IMG/VR virus record: IMGVR_UViG_3300030330_005745
Coordinates: 1-64,000 of that record
Length of the DNA: 64,000 bases
Reading direction: 5' to 3' (one strand)
From: a virus
Lineage: Duplodnaviria; Caudoviricetes
Position 1 is the first letter of the stretch. Each line of letters starts with the position of its first letter. Shown here one piece after another: positions 27,976 to 36,485 of this stretch. Made by a program: the position numbers and the translations under genes. Under the pieces are notes generated by a model. It saw only the letters and a program-made list of their open reading frames with translations. It made no database searches and was not told where the DNA came from.

Positions 27976-28974
27976 GGCGTCTTCGCCAGTGGGGTTCTGC
28001 TGAGCAGGCAGGGCAGGTGCATCGATGGTGCGATTGGCAGGGGCGATCATTAGACCGTCCTTCATGCCGTAGCTGCCACCGAGCTTCTCAGCGTCCTGCT
28101 TGGCATGCTGGTTGATGTAATCAGCAAACAGATCCTGGAACTTCCAAGCACTCTCACGGTTGTCATCCGGGATGGTGAGGTTGTCCAGTGATGCAATAGC
28201 TGTGTCTTGATCGCTGTACTCAGGGATGTCAAACCCTTCGATGCAGCAGATCTCGACGTTGTTTGCACCGCGCATGTCGTTCACCAGAGTCGGGATGAAG
28301 ACTGTGGTGGCAAAGAACTTCTCGTTGAAAGCCAGGGGCACTTCAGCGTCCAGTGCTTTGCACAGACACTTGGACATTTCTTTCTCGTACATCTTGACCT
28401 TCTCGGCCATGTCCGTGCCGTTCAAACCTTTGAGGGTAAGGACGATGGGAATCTTGTGAGCGGGCACATTGTCTTTGGTCAGGATGTTGACCAAGTACTT
28501 GGTGCGAACGCTGTACTTACGCTTGTACATCTCACCTTTGGCATTCGCCAGATCAGATGCAGTCTTGTCTGCTTCAAAGAGTTCCTTAACTTCAGGATCC
28601 TCAAAGGTGCCGATGGTTTGACGCATGCCACCGGTTTCTTCGACCATCAGCGGTGAACGCAGCAGAATCTGCAGCCGAGGAACGATGAAGTTCAGTCCTT
28701 CTTCGATAGAGGTGTTGGGTGCCAAGCCAAAGGTTTGCTTGTAATCCCAAAGGACCGAGCCTTTGTCAAAGTCAGTTTCCTTGGCAGTCCAATTGCAGGT
28801 GTCCAGATCGGACTTGCGGATGAACCAACCACGGGTCTTGGATTTGTTCAGAGGTTGAATCGTAACGAGGTTCTGGTAGCCAGAGACAAACTCTTTGGAT
28901 TGGAACATCCGGAAGGAGTCAAGGCTGCGCTTGGTGATGGATGAAGCTTTTTTCACAGTGAGGTTCGTAGTCAT
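27967..28974 (-). CDS. DUF5895-like protein (putative ssDNA-binding/annealing)
   Basis: PRLQILLRSPL, YLVNILTKDNVPAHKIPIVLTLKG, TVFIPTL; acidic flexible tail; next to SSB. Confidence 0.65.
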   Translation of the reverse strand: MTTNLTVKKASSITKRSLDSFRMFQSKEFVSGYQNLVTIQPLNKSKTRGWFIRKSDLDTCNWTAKETDFDKGSVLWDYKQTFGLAPNTSIEEGLNFIVPRLQILLRSPLMVEETGGMRQTIGTFEDPEVKELFEADKTASDLANAKGEMYKRKYSVRTKYLVNILTKDNVPAHKIPIVLTLKGLNGTDMAEKVKMYEKEMSKCLCKALDAEVPLAFNEKFFATTVFIPTLVNDMRGANNVEICCIEGFDIPEYSDQDTAIASLDNLTIPDDNRESAWKFQDLFADYINQHAKQDAEKLGGSYGMKDGLMIAPANRTIDAPALPAQQNPTGEDASL

Positions 28975-28986
28975 GAAATGAAAAGC

Positions 28987-29013
28987 GGGCAGTTTTACGT
29001 CTTGCCCAGGACG
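28987..29013 (-). ncRNA. Pseudoknot leader motif, copy 2
   Basis: CGUC-CUGGGCAA-GACG-UAAAAC-UGCCC, 12 nt before the ATG at 28974. Confidence 0.75.
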
Positions 29014-29117
29014 ATTTTAGTTCTATCCGCCAGCAGCGAATGTAAACATTAATAACACTGTCATTAGCATTGCTGGAAGTAGAAGCAATACCAACAACTG
29101 CAGCTGATCAACTGTCA

Positions 29118-29999
29118 TTAGAACGGAGCGTTTTCATCATCGGTCGGTGGAGGACCGTAGGCACCAGGGAGATCAGGAAGATTCCCCCTTGCACCTACTG
29201 GTTCTTGTACCTTCCAAGGATCACTGGCAGGTTCTTGCGCAATCGCTGCTTGATGCGGAGAGCTGGGAACTTCTTGTTCCTCAGGATCACCAGTACGTCC
29301 ACCCCAAAGGGATGTCACCTCCTGTCCTCCTGCCACGTTTGCTTTTGATTCAACAGGCTTTTGATCAGCAATACCCTTGGGTGCCAAGGTCATGTTGATG
29401 AGCTGCAGCTTGGTTAGCGTGCGTTGCTCTTTGGTTTCTTTATCGGTCCACGAATCAGTGACGATGCGTGCCTCGATTGTCAGACCAGTACCCTTCTTGG
29501 TGTAGTCAGCGATCAGCTTCGCAGGCTGAAAGCGATCGTCGAAACCATTGATGGCGTAGAAGTTGAACAGGTTTGACTCTCCCTTCTTGGTGACAACAGA
29601 GAGAGTTTGGTTTGTGATCATGTGGTTTGGCGTGGTCTTGCACTGCCGTGTGTCTTCAGGATTGATGTCCTTGACACATCGACCTGCCAATACCACGTTG
29701 TTCAGGATTGGGAACTGTTCAACATCGACAGGAGTTACCACTCCACCATGCAATGAAAACGTCCTGGACTCCAGGTCGTACTGAATCTTGGCACCATGGA
29801 TGTAGACACCCATGCCTTTCTTCATGGCACGAAAGCGGTTGCCCTGCTTCTCGCCATAAATGGTCAGCTCAAGATCAGTGGGAGCTTTCTTCCCATAAGG
29901 AGGAAGTGTGATTTTACAGCGCATGACTGTATTGGTTGCGCCCGTGAAAGCCTCGCGGGGATCTTCCCGGAGTTGAGCGCACACTGTGACGAAGTTCAT
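29118..29999 (-). CDS. ssb: Single-stranded DNA-binding protein with two OB folds
   Basis: NNVVLAGRCVKD, IEARIVTDSWTDKET, acidic tail ending DDENAPF. Confidence 0.85.
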   Translation of the reverse strand: MNFVTVCAQLREDPREAFTGATNTVMRCKITLPPYGKKAPTDLELTIYGEKQGNRFRAMKKGMGVYIHGAKIQYDLESRTFSLHGGVVTPVDVEQFPILNNVVLAGRCVKDINPEDTRQCKTTPNHMITNQTLSVVTKKGESNLFNFYAINGFDDRFQPAKLIADYTKKGTGLTIEARIVTDSWTDKETKEQRTLTKLQLINMTLAPKGIADQKPVESKANVAGGQEVTSLWGGRTGDPEEQEVPSSPHQAAIAQEPASDPWKVQEPVGARGNLPDLPGAYGPPPTDDENAPF

Positions 30000-30019
30000 C
30001 GTAGGTACGGAAATGTGTT

Positions 30020-30045
30020 GGCAGTTTTACGTCTTACCTAGGACG
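30020..30045 (-). ncRNA. Pseudoknot leader motif, copy 3
   Basis: CGUC-CUAGGUAA-GACG-UAAAAC-UGCC upstream of ssb. Confidence 0.72.
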
Positions 30046-30051
30046 TGAGGA

Positions 30052-31914
30052 TCAATGCGTCTCCGCCCAGGAATGACCTACGCGTGAGTCGCCCTCAATC
30101 TTACATCTGAATCCAAAAAACTCTTGAGCTTCTGGGAATGCTTTCATGGCTTCTTCACGAATTTTTTCTGTGTGCTGCGGCGAGCAAGCCAACTGAATTT
30201 CATCGTGGATCATCAGCATTTGTTCCCATTGGTGTCCGTGGGGTAAACCCAAGCGGCCTTCGATGTTCTTGTGGGTGTTAATGACAACCTGTTTCATCAG
30301 GATTGCACCAGCTGATTGAAGCAAGACGTTTAGACCCTTGAATGCAGACCTGCAAACCAGAGGACGACGATCAAGACCGATCAAATACCCACGAATTCCA
30401 ATCGTTTCTTCAATCTGATTCTTTAACTTTTTAAGCGCAGGGACACCAGTCATGAAGCCGTTGATGGCTGCCTTACCCATGGTTGCAAGCTTGTCGGGGT
30501 TCTTTTCATTTGGATCAATGATTGTCCCCGCCTTAATTGCACCACAGCCGTACAACATCCCGTACAGAAGACGCTTGCTGATGTCCCTGGTTTCAACACC
30601 GAACTGCTCCTGGTTGTAGGTGTGAATGTCTACTTCTGGATTCACAACCAGTGCTGCGTACTCTCCGTCATCCCACAATGCTAGGTACCCAGCCAAACAG
30701 CGTAGCTCCAGTGCCTTGGCATCAATACCGATTAAGTCCCAACCATCAGGTGGATGAAACAAGCTGCGGCATTCATGGCCGTAAGGTGAATAACCAGCGG
30801 GGACTTGCCCAAGGTTGGGAGATTTATGGGCTGCTCGCCCGGTGATACATCCATTGGTAATTACATTGCCGTGCATCCTGCTGGTTTGATTGTCAACCAA
30901 CTTGAGCCAAGCATTACTTCCATCTGCGATTTGACCAAGACGTTTCTTGATCAACATGTATTCGGCTAGAGGTTTTGCTTCGGGGTATGGGAGTCGTTCC
31001 AACACTTCGTCATTAAGGATTGGATTTCCTTTTTCAGTTTTCTTTTCTGGTTTCCATCCGTACTTTCGTGTAAGTCGATCAACAATTTGCTGACGCGATC
31101 CAGGATTGAATTTCTCATATCGGATCTTTTCGAATGGCTGTCCTGCAACATAACCTCGTTTGGCATTGTTTACCTTTGGTGTAAACCATTCGCTGTGCTT
31201 GATGGGCGGGAAGATCTCTTCTAAATGTTCTTCGATAGCTTTTTGTTTTGCTCTAAGAACATCCACGAGATCAAGAGCTGCATCAATATCAAAAGGAACA
31301 CCTGCTCTAATTTGTTTGTTAATTGCATAAGCAAATTCATGTTCAAGTTTAAGCGATGATCCCGGGTAGTTTTGTTTCCCGATGTGTAACCAAAGCTTCT
31401 TAGTGACTTCAACGTCTTGGATGCAGTACGCCAACATCTCCTCAGAAAATTCGGAGAAGTCTTTGAAGTCGATCTTATGATTGGCCAGTCGCCATCCCCA
31501 GGCCTTAAGTGAAGCGGATCCACGCAGCTTAGGTGGAACCTCCGGATATTGTTCTGTGTCGAGGTCATATAAGACCTCTGCGGGCCAGATGAGTCGTGTG
31601 CAGATGAGTGTGTCAAGAATCCGTGCAGAATGCTGGAAGTTGTAAAGCTTTTCGAGTACGGGGATATCGTAAAAGATTACATTGTGACCAATGAGAATAT
31701 CGGCACTTGCCAAATGAGCAAGAGCCCTATCAACAGCATCAGGCCCGTAAGTAAAAGTCTGACCTCTCTTAATGTCATAGATAACGACACAGTGAGTAAG
31801 AGTGACTTCATCGTAAAGACCATCAGTTTCGATGTCAAAAATTAGCCACGTTTCATTTTCTGAATCGGGCTTCAACGCAAATGCTGAGTTCTTGACCTGC
31901 GAGATATTCGTCAT
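30052..31914 (-). CDS. polA: DNA polymerase family A with 3'-5' exonuclease (T7-like)
   Basis: FDIETDG, GHNVIFYD, YCIQDV exo motifs; GIDAKALELR, SKRLLYGMLYG, IHDE polymerase motifs. Confidence 0.96.
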   Translation of the reverse strand: MTNISQVKNSAFALKPDSENETWLIFDIETDGLYDEVTLTHCVVIYDIKRGQTFTYGPDAVDRALAHLASADILIGHNVIFYDIPVLEKLYNFQHSARILDTLICTRLIWPAEVLYDLDTEQYPEVPPKLRGSASLKAWGWRLANHKIDFKDFSEFSEEMLAYCIQDVEVTKKLWLHIGKQNYPGSSLKLEHEFAYAINKQIRAGVPFDIDAALDLVDVLRAKQKAIEEHLEEIFPPIKHSEWFTPKVNNAKRGYVAGQPFEKIRYEKFNPGSRQQIVDRLTRKYGWKPEKKTEKGNPILNDEVLERLPYPEAKPLAEYMLIKKRLGQIADGSNAWLKLVDNQTSRMHGNVITNGCITGRAAHKSPNLGQVPAGYSPYGHECRSLFHPPDGWDLIGIDAKALELRCLAGYLALWDDGEYAALVVNPEVDIHTYNQEQFGVETRDISKRLLYGMLYGCGAIKAGTIIDPNEKNPDKLATMGKAAINGFMTGVPALKKLKNQIEETIGIRGYLIGLDRRPLVCRSAFKGLNVLLQSAGAILMKQVVINTHKNIEGRLGLPHGHQWEQMLMIHDEIQLACSPQHTEKIREEAMKAFPEAQEFFGFRCKIEGDSRVGHSWAETH

Positions 31915-32086
31915 TTTTGTTAATCCAGTTCAGGATTTGTTGCGCACCAGCACGGTGAGGATGGGAATAAATCCGCCCAAGGGCAGATGTTGAATCTAGA
32001 TCGATCAGCTGAAAACTGTTGGTTTCCATACAAGGTTTGATACCTTGAGGTTTACCATTCTTCCAGGTAGCGATGACGTAACTCAT
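31853..32086 (-). CDS. Hypothetical protein
   Basis: 77-aa ORF upstream of polA. Confidence 0.5.
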   Translation of the reverse strand: MSYVIATWKNGKPQGIKPCMETNSFQLIDLDSTSALGRIYSHPHRAGAQQILNWINKNDEYLAGQELSICVEARFRK

Positions 32087-32140
32087 CTGTCAGTTTATTA
32101 ACCAACAGATGATATTAGATCTTGTAGGTTATGCAACCTA

Positions 32141-32890
32141 CTACTTGCTGTATCCAACAAAGCCTCCTTCTTTTTTACGTTTCGATAGTGCTTTGGAGGC
32201 TTCGGTGTTAGCACGTTGGCTGCCATGGACCAGCAATGCAAACGGTTTGTCACCCAAGCAGTGGCTGTCGTCATGGTCAATTTCTAGACCAAGGTCAGCT
32301 GCTTCTTGTTCTGTATAGACCACCTGTGAGGTGCGAATAAAAACGTCAGGATTTTTATTTATAATTGCATCGAGGTTACCGCCCTTCGATGCTGTCAAAT
32401 AAAAATTGCTAGGAATTTGGTCTTTGAGATTGAGCCACATGTTGAGTGACTTGGTGTAGGCATAGAAGGTTTGCTTGGGCCGCTGCTTTGCAACGAGCAT
32501 CCATGCCCGCATGTATTCTTCTGTCCAGAAGTCACCAGACTCATGGACACGGATTAGTTTCTTAGGTTTGGTAACCGTAAGAGAGACATCGATCAGATCA
32601 CGGAGCAGCATGGCTTGGTTGCCATTGCTGTACATGGTCTTACGGATTAGATCCCAGTTGTGCCAGCGTGCTTCTCTGACGTTGGGCCGCACTTCACTCA
32701 TTGCAGCAAAGCAACGGAAGTCTTTTGCGTCGGTGCCGTTGTTGTTGGGAATGTCAGTGATCTTGCCTGTCACGCGGTCTGCATAGGTACGGCAGACACC
32801 AGCGTGTGGACAGGAATAGCCTGCTGGCAGTGAGAAGATTAGTCTGTTGCGGAGCTTACCGTTGCCGGTAGAGAACTTGAGGGTTTGCAT
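32141..32890 (-). CDS. GP88-family protein
   Basis: SLPAGYSCPHAGVC, FRCFA, IRVHESGDF and FYAYTKS motifs. Confidence 0.75.
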   Translation of the reverse strand: MQTLKFSTGNGKLRNRLIFSLPAGYSCPHAGVCRTYADRVTGKITDIPNNNGTDAKDFRCFAAMSEVRPNVREARWHNWDLIRKTMYSNGNQAMLLRDLIDVSLTVTKPKKLIRVHESGDFWTEEYMRAWMLVAKQRPKQTFYAYTKSLNMWLNLKDQIPSNFYLTASKGGNLDAIINKNPDVFIRTSQVVYTEQEAADLGLEIDHDDSHCLGDKPFALLVHGSQRANTEASKALSKRKKEGGFVGYSK

Positions 32891-32919
32891 TGAGATAGTT
32901 TGATAAGTTGTGCTTATGT

Positions 32920-32959
32920 ATGGGACTTACACAGCGTCTGCACCCGCGCTGATGCCCAT
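32920..32959 (-). ncRNA. CAU/WGUAAGU internal-loop hairpin, copy 1
   Basis: AUGGG-CAU-CAGCG...CGCUG-UGUAAGU-CCCAU. Confidence 0.65.
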
Positions 32960-32962
32960 CAA

Positions 32963-33424
32963 TCAATCCATGTACTTACTTTCAATCCTTTCTACATAAT
33001 GCATCGTTGCTTCTGCAATAAACAATGAAATATTTCCTTGATAATGTTCTTCATTTAAAAACGAAGCAGCTTCTTTAATTCTTTTCTGTTCTTCTTCAGT
33101 GAATGCAACACCTACGGCACCAGGTACCGTCTTGGGAGTGTATTCGTTTTTGACATAAGCAGGATTATCTTCCATCCATCGTTCGATGTCTGTGCGTTTG
33201 AAATAAAGGTTACGTCCACTCTTCATCAAAGGTTTTGGAAAGAGTCCGGACTTTATCTTTCGGTGGATTGTGTACCGACTGACGTCAAGCTCATCCATTA
33301 CTTCTTGCATGCTCCAGCGGTCCTTACATTCTTTTAAAGTTTTGACTGGACCAGTGGAATAGGTGTTGGAGTTTGCCCATTCCTTTTCATTAGCCAGACG
33401 TCTTTTTGCTGCTTGGGGTGTCAT
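32963..33424 (-). CDS. AlpA/excisionase-like winged-HTH regulator with a C-terminal ribbon-helix-helix-like segment
   Basis: WSMQEVMDELDVSRYTIHRKIKSGLFPKP...FKRTDIERW; start placed at MTPQAAK. Confidence 0.8.
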   Translation of the reverse strand: MTPQAAKRRLANEKEWANSNTYSTGPVKTLKECKDRWSMQEVMDELDVSRYTIHRKIKSGLFPKPLMKSGRNLYFKRTDIERWMEDNPAYVKNEYTPKTVPGAVGVAFTEEEQKRIKEAASFLNEEHYQGNISLFIAEATMHYVERIESKYMD

Positions 33425-33473
33425 TGCAGTAGCGGTTGTTACAGGTGTGTAAAGGAGAGGTAAGATAAAGGAA

Positions 33474-33522
33474 CGTTCACCTCTATCTTGGAGGCGCAAC
33501 CAACTGATCCACGGAACGGGGG
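33474..33522 (+). promoter_or_regulatory. Glutamine-II (Downstream-peptide) riboswitch
   Basis: CGUUCACCUC...GAGGCGCA...GGAACGGGG with CGUUC/GAACG and CCUC/GAGG pairing, upstream of a YRG peptide. Confidence 0.85.
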
Positions 33523-33545
33523 ACAGTCTTATGCGGAGAACCAAA

Positions 33546-33692
33546 ATGAAACTCGTCTATCGCGGAGTTCCATACGAGCGCAAGGAAGCTTTTACCAGCT
33601 ACCTGTGTACTCAAAACCTCAAAGTCCAACGGGCTGAAGCGGAGAAAGAGCACGATCGTCGCAATAATAGCAAGAAAGAAATGATCGTTTGA
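33546..33692 (+). CDS. DUF4278-family peptide (48 aa)
   Basis: Hand translation MKLVYRGVPYERKEAFTSYL...KKEMIV; LxYRGVxY signature. Confidence 0.85.
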   Translation: MKLVYRGVPYERKEAFTSYLCTQNLKVQRAEAEKEHDRRNNSKKEMIV

Positions 33693-33712
33693 CGGTTGTT
33701 ACACTGTTAGAT

Positions 33713-33738
33713 AGGCTGCCTCCGGGTGGCCTTTTTTT
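33713..33738 (+). terminator. Intrinsic terminator after the DUF4278 peptide
   Basis: AGGCUGCC-UCCG-GGUGGCCU stem plus U tract. Confidence 0.8.
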
Positions 33739-33891
33739 ATGGACAAAGAAGAACTGAAAGAAAAGATCATTGAATTGATTGAACAAGACATTGAAGATGG
33801 TGAGGTGTTGCCTCACTATGGTTTGATTGCGGATTGGAAGATTCGGTACATGGATCTAGCTAAGCTGATCTGGCAGTACCTCCACGTTTGA
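33739..33891 (+). CDS. 50-aa hypothetical protein
   Basis: Hand translation MDKEELKEKIIELIEQDIEDGEVLPHYGL... Confidence 0.5.
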   Translation: MDKEELKEKIIELIEQDIEDGEVLPHYGLIADWKIRYMDLAKLIWQYLHV

Positions 33892-33893
33892 AC

Positions 33894-34145
33894 ATGCTCA
33901 CGTCATTTATATCTTTAGTGTTGGCATCCGTAATGTGGGTACAGGTGCCGCAATGGGAGAATGACTGGTCCAAATGTGCAGTTGATGTACCTGATGTGGG
34001 TTGTCATTGGTACATCGTTAATCCTGACAATACCTTTGGTAAGGGATTTTCCTGGGAGAATGCCCCATGGTTCAGCGCCGAGGGTCTCCTTGATGTCTCA
34101 AAGTTGGAGAACACCATGTTGACCCTCCAAGGCAAAAAAGACTAA
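33894..34145 (+). CDS. Small exported Trp/Cys protein, cyanophage type
   Basis: Signal-like N-terminus; WVQVPQWENDWSKCAVDVPD...CHWY. Confidence 0.7.
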   Translation: MLTSFISLVLASVMWVQVPQWENDWSKCAVDVPDVGCHWYIVNPDNTFGKGFSWENAPWFSAEGLLDVSKLENTMLTLQGKKD

Positions 34146-34322
34146 CTATTCCACATGCTTCCATGTCCTCCGATGGACGATAGCACTGATGGCGTTTTGG
34201 CTCATACCAGTTTCTTTTGCAAGTGAATAAATAGTTCGTCCCTCTGCTCTTTTCTTACGAATGTCTATAACATTTTTTTCAGTAAGAATTGAGCGTCCAT
34301 TCTGTTCTCCTACTGTTGTCAT
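34146..34322 (-). CDS. Stand-alone HTH (HNH C-terminal-type DNA-binding domain), 58 aa
   Basis: Hand translation MTTVGEQNGRSILTEKNVIDIR...LAKETGMSQNAISAIVHRRTWKHV; ATGA overlap with thyX. Confidence 0.7.
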   Translation of the reverse strand: MTTVGEQNGRSILTEKNVIDIRKKRAEGRTIYSLAKETGMSQNAISAIVHRRTWKHVE

Positions 34323-34972
34323 TTCTTGAATGCAACCTCTGCAATGGTGGGGAGCTTTTCAGTAAAGATAGTCTTGCAGCCTTCAGCGATATCCTTATGT
34401 TCTTTCTGTGTGCCGTTGCCTGTACGTAATTGGATGTAGTGAATCCAACTGCGGAGAGTCCCGCACATGTATAAACGAGTAGGTGTTGCCAATGGAAGAA
34501 TTGCCCTGGCACATTCTTTAGCTACACCGTCGCTAATCATTTGGCTATAAAGATCCTCAGCCATACTGAAGACGTTTGCAATCTTGTCTTCATAGCAAGC
34601 ACGTTGCCAGTCTGACAAGTTGTCAACGCTGTTCTGCCTGTTCTTGAGATCTTGTGTTCTTAGTTCAGGCATTTCTGCACCACCAAGTTCTTGGGTGCTG
34701 GCGTAGCGTTGTGAAAATTCCTGGAATGTGAAGGACCTATGCCTCAGCAACTGAGGTGAAATTGCTCTGGTTGTGTTGATCTCAATGCACATTGATGCCA
34801 TTTCAAATGGTGACCAATGCTCGTGATCAATGAGATAACGAATCAAACGTGGAGCTGTCAAGTTGTTGTCTTGATTGGAAGGGTTGCTAACCCTTGCCAT
34901 CATCGTGATCAGTTGCTCTGCCAGGGGTGTGACCCAGACAAGCTTGGTGAGCGGGTGCAGATTTTGATTCAT
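34319..34972 (-). CDS. thyX: Flavin-dependent thymidylate synthase
   Basis: HWSPFE, RHRSFTFQEFSQRY, ARAILP, RSWIHYIQLR. Confidence 0.96.
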   Translation of the reverse strand: MNQNLHPLTKLVWVTPLAEQLITMMARVSNPSNQDNNLTAPRLIRYLIDHEHWSPFEMASMCIEINTTRAISPQLLRHRSFTFQEFSQRYASTQELGGAEMPELRTQDLKNRQNSVDNLSDWQRACYEDKIANVFSMAEDLYSQMISDGVAKECARAILPLATPTRLYMCGTLRSWIHYIQLRTGNGTQKEHKDIAEGCKTIFTEKLPTIAEVAFKK

Positions 34973-35307
34973 TAGGCAGCACGATTGTAGTCGTCATCAA
35001 GACGTTCAATGTCGGCCTCAGACAGGTGAGAGCCCCGTTGAACCTCGATGATGCCAAGTCCCTCTGGGCCTGCTTCTGCACGATGTACGGCATTCTCAGG
35101 CACAAAGAGAGTGGTCCCTGGAGCAGCTGGAGTAACAGTGTTACCGCAGGTGAGTTTACCGGATCCTTGAACGATTACCCAATTCTCAGAGCGATGCCAA
35201 TGGCGTTGCAGACTGATGCGTTGGTTCGGATGAATCCAAATCTTTTTAACTAAAAAACCTTCGCCTGTTTTTATGGTTTCAAAGTATCCCCAAGGACGTT
35301 TTTCCAT
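34972..35307 (-). CDS. Cupin, type II mannose-6-phosphate isomerase C-terminal domain
   Basis: RPWGYF, VKKIWIHPNQRISLQRHWHRSENW, IEVQRG, DIERLDDDY. Confidence 0.88.
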   Translation of the reverse strand: MEKRPWGYFETIKTGEGFLVKKIWIHPNQRISLQRHWHRSENWVIVQGSGKLTCGNTVTPAAPGTTLFVPENAVHRAEAGPEGLGIIEVQRGSHLSEADIERLDDDYNRAA

Positions 35308-35612
35308 TACAGCTTTACATCGCTGTAATAATTATCCATGGTGTTACGGTAATCATCAACAACCTTTTCAATGTTTTCAGCAGCACAAAGGCGCATCTGA
35401 TCTACTTCAACAGGTTGTTGGAGATGATCCCATTTGACTTGAATGAACTTCCGACGGCGCGTACCAGTCCTGGTCTTTTGTGTTTTAAGAATCAGATCAG
35501 TGACGGTACCGAAGCGTTGACCCATGTTGATCGAAGTCATCTTGGGTTTGTCTGCAACGCGTTCACCCACTTGGAAACGAAAAGTGGGGTCAAATTTTTC
35601 TTGACTAGGCAT
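35307..35612 (-). CDS. Hypothetical protein (SH3/KOW-like)
   Basis: FQVGERV...GTVTD...IQVKWD. Confidence 0.6.
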   Translation of the reverse strand: MPSQEKFDPTFRFQVGERVADKPKMTSINMGQRFGTVTDLILKTQKTRTGTRRRKFIQVKWDHLQQPVEVDQMRLCAAENIEKVVDDYRNTMDNYYSDVKL

Positions 35613-35925
35613 TGGTTTGAGGAATGGTGTCGAGGTGGAGGTTTTCTAAAGCGAGCAGCGTTGCTGTTGTGCCAAGGATACGAAAAGCATCCTCAATTAA
35701 TTCATAGTTGTTTGACTCGTTGTTGTAATAATCGTTGAGGATTTTTTCAGCCTGCTCAAACCCCCCTGGGTCACCAGTGAGTCTGGTCAGGATGACACTA
35801 GACATGTTGTCCGTAAACATCTCTGAGAGTTTTTTACGGACGACAGGCCACGTCCATGATGGAACAAGATCAATGACTTGATGAACAAGTTGAAGATCTG
35901 TTAACGAGTGTTCGTGTGAAATCAT
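35605..35925 (-). CDS. Hypothetical protein
   Basis: Start placed at MISHEH, just after the hairpin/U tract. Confidence 0.6.
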   Translation of the reverse strand: MISHEHSLTDLQLVHQVIDLVPSWTWPVVRKKLSEMFTDNMSSVILTRLTGDPGGFEQAEKILNDYYNNESNNYELIEDAFRILGTTATLLALENLHLDTIPQTNA

Positions 35926-35926
35926 G

Positions 35927-35950
35927 AAAAAACCCCGGGTGTACCGGGGT
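35927..35950 (-). terminator. Terminator-like hairpin abutting a start codon
   Basis: ACCCCGG/CCGGGGU stem plus U tract, then C-AUG. Confidence 0.7.
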
Positions 35951-35971
35951 CGATGCTCTCCCCGTGCCAGG

Positions 35972-36331
35972 TTAGGCAGGGGTTGCTTCAGTTTCAACTA
36001 CTTCTTCAAGCATTCCTGACTCTTGAAGTTTGTCGAGCATGGCAACCATGATGTTGGCATTCTCTTGGGTCTTTTCCATGAAGTGTTTGGCTTTTTCTGC
36101 AGTGATGCTGTGAACGCAGCCATTGTCTTCGATGAAGACCCATGAGCCATCTGGTTGTGGCTTGCCCTTCTCCAGTGCCCAACGTTCGCAATTGCGGATA
36201 TATTGGATCTGGAGGTTGTGTGAGTCAGTCAGACCACGGTCGTCGATCCAGGTGAGGCCGACGTTGTACCGAGTGTCTTCGTCTTTGAAGCAATGAGGCT
36301 GAGGAAGAAACTGTTTGAAAGCTCCTAGCAT
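35972..36331 (-). CDS. Hypothetical protein
   Basis: Start placed at MLGAFKQF, downstream of the tRNA. Confidence 0.6.
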   Translation of the reverse strand: MLGAFKQFLPQPHCFKDEDTRYNVGLTWIDDRGLTDSHNLQIQYIRNCERWALEKGKPQPDGSWVFIEDNGCVHSITAEKAKHFMEKTQENANIMVAMLDKLQESGMLEEVVETEATPA

Positions 36332-36351
36332 TGTCTTGTGTAGGTTTGGTT

Positions 36352-36440
36352 TGGTGAGAGTGGTGGGACTTGAACCCACATAGCCATTACTGACTGACAG
36401 ATTTTAAGTCTGTTGCGTCTACCAATTCCGCCACACTCTC
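36352..36440 (-). tRNA. trnL: tRNA-Leu(UAA), with encoded CCA
   Basis: GAGAGUG/CACUCUC acceptor stem, GGUAGAC D-arm, ACAGA-CU-UAA-AA-UCUGU anticodon arm, long variable arm, GUUCAAGUC T-loop, ACCA end. Confidence 0.95.
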
Positions 36441-36444
36441 AGGT

Positions 36445-36481
36445 CTAGGACTTACACCACCCTTGGCTTGTGGATGCCTAG
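36445..36481 (-). ncRNA. CAU/WGUAAGU internal-loop hairpin, copy 2
   Basis: CUAGG-CAU-CCAC...GUGG-UGUAAGU-CCUAG, 4 nt before the tRNA 5' end. Confidence 0.65.
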
Positions 36482-36485
36482 CTGA

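Noticed and set aside
30052-31914. Introns or inteins in polA, primase, terL or thyX
   Set aside because: All are of normal length with contiguous motifs and no splice-junction signatures.
32084-32111. CATCTGT/ACAGATG hairpin covering the start codon of 31853..32086
   Set aside because: It is a single 7-bp stem with a large loop and no second copy or covariation, so it could be chance.
32963-33544. Lysogeny module implied by the AlpA/excisionase-like gene; track start at 33544
   Set aside because: There is no integrase, repressor pair or att-like tRNA duplication. The extended N-terminus overlaps the riboswitch, so the start was moved to 33424.
36445-36481. tRNA-associated theta (HDV-like) ribozyme
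   Set aside because: It lies 5' of the tRNA rather than at its 3' end, and I could not build the nested double pseudoknot.
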